Below are positions 56,497 through 64,000 of a stretch of 64,000 nt of DNA, one piece after another. Source of the stretch: a virus. Taxonomy: Duplodnaviria > Caudoviricetes. Made by a program: the position numbers and the translations under genes. The DNA lies in IMG/VR virus record IMGVR_UViG_3300020042_007950, positions 1-64,000 of that record. One strand, given 5' to 3'. The notes below the pieces were generated by a model. The model had not been told where the DNA came from. It ran no database searches and saw nothing but the letters and a program-made list of their open reading frames with translations. The stretch's first letter is position 1, and each line of letters starts with the position of its first letter.

Positions 56497-57241
56497 TATA
56501 AGTAAAAGGTTTTAAGGGTTCTAAGTTATTTTGAAGCTCTCTGAGAATATCCTCAGGGCTTTGAAGTAAATATACAAGTTTAAAGTTAGTATAGAACTGC
56601 ATGATGCCTTCTGTACTCCCAAATTTCTCAATATACTTCTTCAAAACAAATGCTTCAACATCGTTAGTTCTCCCCATCAACCAATTCTCAGCTGTCTTAA
56701 TCCCAACTCCTGGTATGCCTGCAATATTATCTGTACTGTCTCCCATCAACACTTGCTTCCACAAGAATTCTTCTGCATCATCTGGTGATGTGTGCAGGAA
56801 TTCAGAAGTACGATAATTAAAATGCATACCTGGGCACTGATAAAGAACATCCTTATCAGGTGAACAGATAATAGTTTTACGTGGCTCGTTCTTAGCATAA
56901 TAACTGACCAAGTCATCTGCTTCTAGTCCTTCAACTCCGTAGAATCCCCATTTTTGTTTAAGGTATTCTCTGAGTGAAGGAAAGATAACAGGTTTAAGTC
57001 TATGTTTCCGATTAGCTTTATAGTCTGCACTAACTTTGTAACGAAAACAGTTATGATCTGTAAGAAATCCAACATATGTAGGGGTTTTGCATTGTTCAAG
57101 AATAGACAAGATCCTGGAGTCTAGCCCTTGTAAGGCTTCCTCCAGGGTTGGTTTGTCCATCTCATAATAAATTAAGCTATCTCCATCAATTAGACATATC
57201 GGTTCCACTGGTCCTACACTCTGGTCTAACATCTCTTCCAT
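56462..57241 (-). CDS. 5'-3' exonuclease/flap endonuclease (T5/T7 type)
   Basis: LIDGDS, FRYKVSADYKANR, LEADD, SPDKD, GDSTDNIAGIPGVG.KTA. Confidence 0.92.
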   Translation of the reverse strand: MEEMLDQSVGPVEPICLIDGDSLIYYEMDKPTLEEALQGLDSRILSILEQCKTPTYVGFLTDHNCFRYKVSADYKANRKHRLKPVIFPSLREYLKQKWGFYGVEGLEADDLVSYYAKNEPRKTIICSPDKDVLYQCPGMHFNYRTSEFLHTSPDDAEEFLWKQVLMGDSTDNIAGIPGVGIKTAENWLMGRTNDVEAFVLKKYIEKFGSTEGIMQFYTNFKLVYLLQSPEDILRELQNNLEPLKPFTYIAYEPTDSDGW

Positions 57242-57251
57242 CTAACTTAAT

Positions 57252-58421
57252 TTATATGTTATTTATTCTAGCAACGGCTGCTTTTATTTCTTCAATACGA
57301 GAATAAGATTTCTCTACTGCCTCTTTACGAGCTATAGCCCATTCATCATCAGTCTTAGATGCATAAGTTGAAGAGTGATAAATGGAACCATTTACACCAG
57401 CCAAACTTGAATGCACGAAATACTGAAGACAACGGATAGCACCCGTATTATCGTCTGGAACGGCTCCGATGTGCATCGGGTCTACAAAAATGTTGTGAAT
57501 CTCACCTGAGATACGGTTGATATACTCAAGACCTCCGAAGTGTAAACCAGGTACACATGCCTGACGGTCATTAGTATTAACTTGATCCCAAGATCCAAGA
57601 CGATGAGTACATCCTACTTTAATGAAGTGGCCAGGGTTAGCATACCCGTTAGGGCCCTCACAATAGAATGCATCTCCACCTTCTCCCATGATAGCAGGTT
57701 GGAACACACGATCCTCAACAAACTCTGGTAAGCCTTCTGACTCAATTTCTCCAGTGTCTACATTGAATGTACGTGCATAACGATCTACTACTTCTCCAGT
57801 TTCAGCATCGAACTTGTGCAAAACTTCAGAAGAAACTTTGTAACCGTTCAATAAACCTTCCTTGGTAATTTTCATCTGATACATTGTAGCTTTCTTTTCA
57901 GCTACTTCATCACTCAATCCTTTCTCTTCAACAAGTTCCTTGAATAGAACAGGGTGAACATACTTAAGATTGATAAAGTTGAAGAATCTCTCAGAGAATT
58001 CTACCCCTGTACCATTGTGCATCTTCTTCCAAAGAATTGGGTTACGTAGCCAACGAGTCCACATCTTGATAAGTGGCATGAAATCTAATCCCATATCCAT
58101 AGACTCATAGATTCTCTCTACTAAAGCCTTAGGCATTGGAATGTTAGATACCACTTCACCAGTCTTTAAGAAGAACTCTCCAGTAGTACTGTTAACGTAA
58201 ATGTGCTCACACTTATCTTCAATAAGTGCAGTGTAGTCCTCAACAGCCAAGCTATCGAAGGTATCTAAGATAGCCTTCAACTCGTCCATTGTTTCTACTT
58301 TGTCAGCCTTGTTGGCTAACTCTTGCATTTGCTTGTACAACTCTTCAGTGTACTTTACAGAGAATGATTTCTCCCCGTAAGATCCGACGATGTTACCGTC
58401 AATTACATTTAAACTAATCAT
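57252..58421 (-). CDS. rIIB: rIIB-like protein
   Basis: ITKEGLLNGYK, DRQACVPGLH, VDPMHIGAVPDD...IRCLQY; downstream of rIIA. Confidence 0.8.
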   Translation of the reverse strand: MISLNVIDGNIVGSYGEKSFSVKYTEELYKQMQELANKADKVETMDELKAILDTFDSLAVEDYTALIEDKCEHIYVNSTTGEFFLKTGEVVSNIPMPKALVERIYESMDMGLDFMPLIKMWTRWLRNPILWKKMHNGTGVEFSERFFNFINLKYVHPVLFKELVEEKGLSDEVAEKKATMYQMKITKEGLLNGYKVSSEVLHKFDAETGEVVDRYARTFNVDTGEIESEGLPEFVEDRVFQPAIMGEGGDAFYCEGPNGYANPGHFIKVGCTHRLGSWDQVNTNDRQACVPGLHFGGLEYINRISGEIHNIFVDPMHIGAVPDDNTGAIRCLQYFVHSSLAGVNGSIYHSSTYASKTDDEWAIARKEAVEKSYSRIEEIKAAVARINNI

Positions 58422-58444
58422 ATAAGATTTTGTTATTATTTGTA

Positions 58445-61273
58445 TTACAAATTTAGTGAAATAAATGACTCGAACTCATTAATTTCATCAACAGGAATGG
58501 TCATTTCGAGTAACCCTTTTGCTTTAAGATACAGCTGAATCTCACGTTTAGTGTTCTCATCCTCATACTTGTAGTTAGAGATTTGAGAAAGTACGTGTTG
58601 AGAAGTTTCTGTGAAATCTTTGTAGAAAGATATCATGCCTTCTAACCCTGGAATACGGATCTTGGCCCCTGGAATATCAGATGCTATGAACAACTTACTT
58701 GATGTATCAGCAATTGCTTCTTTATCATCAGGGGAAGTCATACATACATACTCTAGAGCAGCCATCTTATTCAATCTTGTGAACACCTCATTAATTACTT
58801 CATGAGATTTACCCTTTAACTTGTAAGATAGCTTGTCTTTTACATAGTCAAGCTTCTCATAGATTTGAGCAAACAAAGGATTGATAGATTGTAAGTTCTC
58901 AAAGAAAGGTTGAACTCTCTCAATATCCATAGTATGTGCAGCATAATACATTCTAAGGTAGAAACTACAAGTAAGATTGTCTTCTTCATCTACAGCATAA
59001 AAGAACTCGTCAATATGCTTGATGTTTTCTACATTCTGTACTTGCTTTACATTAGTCTCACTAAGCTTAATTAACTGTGGGCATTGAGACTCTCTCTTAA
59101 TAAGACTTTCTAATCCCATAGAATATTCGTTAAGCTCTCCCTTACCATTCATAAATCTAGTAGGATTACACATGTAAAAATGCATAGGATCATTTCTACC
59201 ATTAGAATAAGGAGGAGTGTAAGTAGCTCCAGGGTAGATGTCACAAATCCTAGGGGCAAAATGATGCAAGATCTCAGCAGCTAACTTAAGTTTATCAGCA
59301 TCTGCATCTGTACCGTAATAAATCACAGTCTTAGTTGCTCTAAGTTCTGATAACTTTGGCTCTACCTTATCCCACACAGAATCATCCCAGTCATTAGCAT
59401 GTCTTGCAGTAGCAGCACGAACAGTGTAACCTACAATCTGCTTGTTCAACTCACGAAGTTCAGCAGGAGTAAGTTTAAGTGTACCTCCACCTGTAGCAGC
59501 CAGGGTATCTTCCTCCTCTTTAAGACTAGCCTCAAAGTCATCAGGAACTATCACATCATCATAAACTCTATAGCTTTCTGACTCTGATAAATATTTCTCA
59601 ACTTCTAATTGATTCTTCTTAATTTTCCCTAACTGAGCTTCAAGCAGTACCAAGTCCTCTGGTCGTGTAGAAGGATCATCACACTTGTCTTCTAAATCTT
59701 GAGTGGATTTTTTCTTGATAGATATAAAAGAACCACCATTCTCCTTCATAAGATATGCATCTTTAAGTCTGGTAAATCCTTCTTTTCTGAAATACACCTT
59801 AGCAATGTCAAACTTTTCCCAAGTATCAACATCAGTAGTATTAGAAACTATCTTAAACTCTCCGTTCTCAAGCTTATTAGTTAAAGTGTGAAGTTTGACA
59901 TTAAACCCTTCGAATACCTTCCCCATATGCTCAAACTTGATTCGTTTGTTCACTGGATATACCGGCTTCAAAGATTTAGTATCAATGATTCTACTCATAG
60001 ACTGCAGCACTTTACCATTGGTAGAATAATCTTCTGCAATTCTTCCTGAGAATACTACATTCTTACATGCATCTACCCATTTCAAGAAATCTGTCTCGTT
60101 CAGCTTCTCTTGCACAAGCTCTGTTGCCTCGTCACCTGCTTTAATAATCAAGTTCTGAACAAACTGTTTAGTGTGGTCAGACCAGATTACTTTCTCACGG
60201 CTCGGAGTAACATCGACTCCATCTTGAATAACTACTTCTTCCCCCTGTTCATTCTTGTACACTTGTCGTATAGGACACTTCAGACCAACTGCCCCATATA
60301 ACTGCTCCATCTCCAACTCTCGGAAATCCACGTGACCATAGTTAATACCAGTGGTTGCACCCTCTGCTTTAACAATGACAATGTGTGGACGTGCATAGTA
60401 GTTACTCTCAGTGATAATCAAATACTTTGAGTTGTAGATAACACTAGGCTTGAAGTCGATCTCACGTTTGTAGTCGTTCTCTTCAATCACATGAAATCTA
60501 ACATTGCTCAAATAAGTTAATTGCTCACTGACTGCATCTAAGAAACGATCTGCATTGTGCTTCTTTACTTTGAATGAAATCTCAGTTCTGTTTAACTCGT
60601 TAGCTGGCTCATAATAGACTTTAGTCCCATCAGTAAATGTGATGTATGGATTCTCTTGGCCTGTACTAAGATTAAATCGTGGAATTAAGAAATCAGTCTT
60701 GTAATTAAAGCAATTTGCTTTGAATCGTTTCCCATTATAAACGGTTTCAATAGTGTAGAAGTCTACACCGGTAGATAATGCAACCTTAGCACCTAAACCG
60801 AAGGCACCAAAATTCTCTGAGGTATTACGTTTAGTTGAGTAACCTAGTTCTAGGATACCCTCTAATCTTCTACCCCCGATACCAACACCATAGTCTTTAA
60901 TTGTGAACTCGTCACAATATCCAACTCCAGCATTGTGCTTGTAATAAACGTCAACGTGGTTATTAACTAGATCAAGGTTAGTTATGTTATAATAACTAGC
61001 ATCGAAGTTACTGTCTTCGTATTGCTCACCTTCTCGGCTAATGTAATAATCCTCCACGGTTTTCTGGCCAGTCAATATCTCTATGGCAATCTCCTTCTCT
61101 CGTTGAGAATCGCAGGCATTTGTTACCAGCTCTCTGACAGTTGAAGGGATTGGGGTAGAATACTGAGTGGCTTGTAATATGTCAAACACTAGTTTCTCTG
61201 CACCACGATTAATTCGTTTAGCAACACCAGTGTCTGAACCGACAAATTCATTGTCAATTTGTTTGATACTCAT
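58445..61273 (-). CDS. rIIA: rIIA-like protein with N-terminal GHKL ATPase domain
   Basis: YSTPIPSTVRELVTNACDS, DYGVGI, YSTKR...GAFGLGAK; paired with rIIB. Confidence 0.8.
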   Translation of the reverse strand: MSIKQIDNEFVGSDTGVAKRINRGAEKLVFDILQATQYSTPIPSTVRELVTNACDSQREKEIAIEILTGQKTVEDYYISREGEQYEDSNFDASYYNITNLDLVNNHVDVYYKHNAGVGYCDEFTIKDYGVGIGGRRLEGILELGYSTKRNTSENFGAFGLGAKVALSTGVDFYTIETVYNGKRFKANCFNYKTDFLIPRFNLSTGQENPYITFTDGTKVYYEPANELNRTEISFKVKKHNADRFLDAVSEQLTYLSNVRFHVIEENDYKREIDFKPSVIYNSKYLIITESNYYARPHIVIVKAEGATTGINYGHVDFRELEMEQLYGAVGLKCPIRQVYKNEQGEEVVIQDGVDVTPSREKVIWSDHTKQFVQNLIIKAGDEATELVQEKLNETDFLKWVDACKNVVFSGRIAEDYSTNGKVLQSMSRIIDTKSLKPVYPVNKRIKFEHMGKVFEGFNVKLHTLTNKLENGEFKIVSNTTDVDTWEKFDIAKVYFRKEGFTRLKDAYLMKENGGSFISIKKKSTQDLEDKCDDPSTRPEDLVLLEAQLGKIKKNQLEVEKYLSESESYRVYDDVIVPDDFEASLKEEEDTLAATGGGTLKLTPAELRELNKQIVGYTVRAATARHANDWDDSVWDKVEPKLSELRATKTVIYYGTDADADKLKLAAEILHHFAPRICDIYPGATYTPPYSNGRNDPMHFYMCNPTRFMNGKGELNEYSMGLESLIKRESQCPQLIKLSETNVKQVQNVENIKHIDEFFYAVDEEDNLTCSFYLRMYYAAHTMDIERVQPFFENLQSINPLFAQIYEKLDYVKDKLSYKLKGKSHEVINEVFTRLNKMAALEYVCMTSPDDKEAIADTSSKLFIASDIPGAKIRIPGLEGMISFYKDFTETSQHVLSQISNYKYEDENTKREIQLYLKAKGLLEMTIPVDEINEFESFISLNL
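58448..58455 (-). promoter_or_regulatory. -7 box TAAATTTG upstream of rIIB (within the 3' end of rIIA)
   Basis: Exact TAnnTTTG match on the - strand, 26 nt before the rIIB ATG; no clear -33 box. Confidence 0.4.
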
Positions 61274-61632
61274 AATAAGTTTCTAGCTTTTTTGTAATCG
61301 TGTTGAATCTCTAATAATTTCTTAGTACACATCTCTTGTGGGATAGGGAAAATTCTTTTAATTGCATGGGTATTAGTAAAATCAACAGACCCTTGTTTAG
61401 GGTCATTAATTTTCTTGTACAACCATGAAGAATCTCCATTTGCAGTATTTTTTTCATAAAGATGCTCATGCCAAGCACCTCCTAGAAAATAATAGTAGAT
61501 CTTGCCTGCAGACTTCATGCTATCATAAATAGCATAATGCAACCCATTGCCAATAGAAATAAGAATTAAATCCCCTCTTTGAAAAGTATGTGGCTTAAGA
61601 TAATCAGAGTCTTCATTAATAGTGAGACTCAT
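61270..61632 (-). CDS. Hypothetical protein (120 aa)
   Basis: Intact ORF with ATGA-type overlap to rIIA. Confidence 0.65.
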   Translation of the reverse strand: MSLTINEDSDYLKPHTFQRGDLILISIGNGLHYAIYDSMKSAGKIYYYFLGGAWHEHLYEKNTANGDSSWLYKKINDPKQGSVDFTNTHAIKRIFPIPQEMCTKKLLEIQHDYKKARNLL

Positions 61633-61643
61633 AACTTCTTAAT

Positions 61644-62153
61644 TTATAGCTCAGAAATGAGCTGAATTACTTGTAAAATTTGTTTTTGATCTTTTGGTAA
61701 GAATAATGGGCAGACAGAATCATTGTCCATTAAATGCTTTTTGAAGTTTTTCCAAGTGTTTGGGAACCTATCATTAGCAAAACCTTTACATTCTATTACC
61801 CATAGCAGCTTACCATCTGCATCGTGACTCACAAAGTCTGGTGTGTATGAAATACCTCTAATCTTATCCTTACTCTTGTCTGCAAATTCTTTAGTCGTAG
61901 CTTTGGTTTCAAAGATTGGACAAGGATAGTAGAAAGCCTCAGTCAATTGATAAGAATGTTCCTCATACGTAAAAGCAACTCCAAGTTCTTTTAACTTTCT
62001 GTAACAAAATACCTCAAGCATAGATTTAAACTTAATTCCATCTACTTCTTTTGGTTTAGCTTGAATCTTCCCTTTACCTTTTACTCTTGCTCCTGGTTTA
62101 GGTCTAGCTTTTTGAACAGTGTTAGATCGAATTCTTTGAGTCTTTTTTGCCAT
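61644..62153 (-). CDS. PD-(D/E)XK endonuclease (T7 endonuclease I/DUF1064-like resolvase)
   Basis: DGIKFKSMLE...FTYE...YTPDF...IECKG. Confidence 0.8.
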   Translation of the reverse strand: MAKKTQRIRSNTVQKARPKPGARVKGKGKIQAKPKEVDGIKFKSMLEVFCYRKLKELGVAFTYEEHSYQLTEAFYYPCPIFETKATTKEFADKSKDKIRGISYTPDFVSHDADGKLLWVIECKGFANDRFPNTWKNFKKHLMDNDSVCPLFLPKDQKQILQVIQLISEL

Positions 62154-62156
62154 TGC

Positions 62157-63140
62157 TTACGGTAGTTGTATTTGTACAATCCTTTTACCTATTTCTATTC
62201 CATGATCTTTCATCAGGTCAGAAATGTCTTTGGATTTGTAATGTGCTGGTAAAATTACATTAATTAGATTGAATTCTGCACAAATTTTATTAGCCATTGT
62301 CTGGCCTGGATTTGTCTCCTTCTCAAAATCATTATCGTAAAGTACAGCTACAACTTGGAATCTTTCTTGCAGCTCATTAATTAGCTTTCGATCAGGCATT
62401 TGCATCTCACTCTGTAGAGCAATAGCTTCATATCCCAATACATTAAGGCACATGACATCCTTGAGAGAAGAGGCTAGAAATACAATGTCTCCACTGTCTT
62501 TTAGTTGCTCCCACCCTTGAATGTCATCTTTAGAAGTGTTGCTATACCACTTACCCTCTGTTTCAAATGGTCTATAGACTTTGTAACGACCATTAATGTT
62601 ATATACATAACTAGGAGTGTGGCAACGGTAACGGGCTTCATTAATCCAAAAGTAATCAATTGGTTCGACACCAAATTTAATCAATAAACTCTTACTAATA
62701 TGGAATTTTTCCCAGAAATCTTTATCTTCTAATGACCAACTTCTTGACCTCTTTGCAAGTTTAGTTGGACGTCTTTCAATAACTTCTTGAGTACCATATG
62801 TAATAGCTATTTGAGTTTTAATAACAGTTCCAGCTTGTAAACCAAGCCCGAAATCTGTGTCAATAACTCTCATTGCTTCAGAGAATGTTAAACCAAATTT
62901 AGCTTGTATGTAAGAAAAACAATCATGGCTTTCTCCACTACCGAAATCTTTGTAAATAACTTTACCTTTCCAAGGTACAATCGAGCATGTAGGGGATCTA
63001 TCCTCTCTTAACTCACTGCAAAACTTGTCACCAAAATTCTTAAAATTGTGACAATAATACCTGAATATATCGTACTCAGATATCTTACACAAAATAGAAT
63101 CCTTATGCAAGTATGCATCACTGCTTCTTGATTCAATCAT
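62157..63140 (-). CDS. DNA primase (Zn-finger-like N-terminus plus Toprim)
   Basis: SELREDRSPTC, KDFGSGESHDCF, SSLKDVM, YDND..PG; no fused helicase. Confidence 0.85.
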   Translation of the reverse strand: MIESRSSDAYLHKDSILCKISEYDIFRYYCHNFKNFGDKFCSELREDRSPTCSIVPWKGKVIYKDFGSGESHDCFSYIQAKFGLTFSEAMRVIDTDFGLGLQAGTVIKTQIAITYGTQEVIERRPTKLAKRSRSWSLEDKDFWEKFHISKSLLIKFGVEPIDYFWINEARYRCHTPSYVYNINGRYKVYRPFETEGKWYSNTSKDDIQGWEQLKDSGDIVFLASSLKDVMCLNVLGYEAIALQSEMQMPDRKLINELQERFQVVAVLYDNDFEKETNPGQTMANKICAEFNLINVILPAHYKSKDISDLMKDHGIEIGKRIVQIQLP

Positions 63141-63156
63141 AAGGAGGCTAAATTAA

Positions 63157-63189
63157 AAACAAAAGGGGTCATAATCGACCCCTATTGTT
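63157..63189 (-). terminator. Rho-independent terminator downstream of the SSB-like gene
   Basis: AACAAAAGGGGTC-ATAATC-GACCCCTATTGTT stem; T-rich tail on the - strand. Confidence 0.7.
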
Positions 63190-63206
63190 CTTTTGTTAGA
63201 AACTAA

Positions 63207-63974
63207 TTACATCCAAGCATCGTTGCTATCGTCGTCAGCCTTGAATGGGCTTTCGTCTTTAGCATCAGCTACGATCATAGTTGGAGAATAAACCCCGAAC
63301 TTAAGATCCTTTGTGTACTCAGCATTGAATGAACCGTAATCCTCGTTAAGAGCCTTAACAAACAAGCTGTCGTTAGCCGGCTTAAGACGGCCGAAGTGAC
63401 GGTTATAAACTGTCTGATACTTCTCGTCCTTAACACCAATCAACACACGAAGTTTGTTAGCAGCTAATGCCTTGATTAACTGCTTCAACTCTTTAACATC
63501 TCCCTTCATGATAGCATCGATAGTATCGAAGCTAATCTTACCACCATTGGCTACGTTAGCCCATGCCTTAGTGAAGTTAACAAGTGTGTCCTCTCCAACA
63601 TAAGCTTTACGGCTTGTATCAGAGTTCTTCCACCACTCATATGCAGGAGCTTCTTCACTCCATGTCATCTGACCTACGTTGTTAATCCACATTGCCTTAC
63701 CGTTCTTTGACATACGGTGCTCAGGCTTGGTTAAGATGTCGAATCTTACAGTGATATTTGGCTCCTCGTTACGAAGATAAAATACAATCTTGTTGTACTC
63801 TTCTCCATTGATTTCCACACTGTACTTCGGCTCTTCCTTAGCATTAATTCCAATCTCTTGGAGTTCTGCTTGAGTAGGGTTAACCGCTACTACACTCACA
63901 GCTGCAATACCAGTGTATAACTGATACCCACCACCTGCTACTACTTCTTCTGAATTGTTTGACTCAATTGCCAT
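63207..63974 (-). CDS. Putative single-stranded DNA-binding protein (crAss type)
   Basis: YTG...VVAVNPT start, acidic aromatic C-terminal tail ADDDSNDAWM, next to the primase. Confidence 0.6.
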   Translation of the reverse strand: MAIESNNSEEVVAGGGYQLYTGIAAVSVVAVNPTQAELQEIGINAKEEPKYSVEINGEEYNKIVFYLRNEEPNITVRFDILTKPEHRMSKNGKAMWINNVGQMTWSEEAPAYEWWKNSDTSRKAYVGEDTLVNFTKAWANVANGGKISFDTIDAIMKGDVKELKQLIKALAANKLRVLIGVKDEKYQTVYNRHFGRLKPANDSLFVKALNEDYGSFNAEYTKDLKFGVYSPTMIVADAKDESPFKADDDSNDAWM

Positions 63975-64000
63975 TTTATTTTGAATTTAAATTAACGAAA

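Noticed and set aside
63141-63147. Perfect AAGGAGG Shine-Dalgarno sequence
   Set aside because: It is on the + strand while the adjacent primase gene is on the - strand; no + strand ORF follows it.
1-64000. Stop-codon reassignment (TAG=Gln or TGA=Trp), common in some crAss-like phages
   Set aside because: All hallmark genes (TerL, portal, MCP, RNAP, primase) are full length in code 11, coding density is near complete, and no suppressor tRNA is seen.
1-64000. tRNA, CRISPR array, intron/intein, DGR or integrase
   Set aside because: The longest intergenic gap is ~110 nt and holds a terminator; no spaced direct repeats, reverse transcriptase, homing endonuclease insertion or recombinase motif was recognised.

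Overview
The window is a ~64 kb slice of a crAss-like (Crassvirales-type) podophage genome read in the standard genetic code. The host is most likely Bacteroidota: there are TAnnTTTG promoter boxes and no Shine-Dalgarno sites. The + strand (1-54515) carries a lysis/regulatory tail end, GroES, HU/IHF-like genes, terminase, portal, scaffold, major capsid protein, ring/hub/fibre/muzzle tail genes, cargo proteins and three giant ejected proteins, one of which is the virion RNA polymerase. A bidirectional terminator at ~54.5 kb separates this from a - strand replication block (SSB-like protein, primase, endonuclease, rIIA/rIIB, 5'-3' exonuclease, UNG, Nmad1/DUF1599-like). Two patterns are not explained by ordinary gene annotation. 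(1) A [F/Y]xxGG motif recurs 18 times in four mosaic, low-complexity putative virion/core proteins and appears to delimit exchangeable modules; it may be a polyprotein cleavage or capsid-loading signal. (2) A TAnnTTTG box sits only 4-6 nt upstream of the ATG of five structural/ejection genes, implying leaderless late mRNAs. All functional calls come from motif recognition and synteny by eye; no database search was run.
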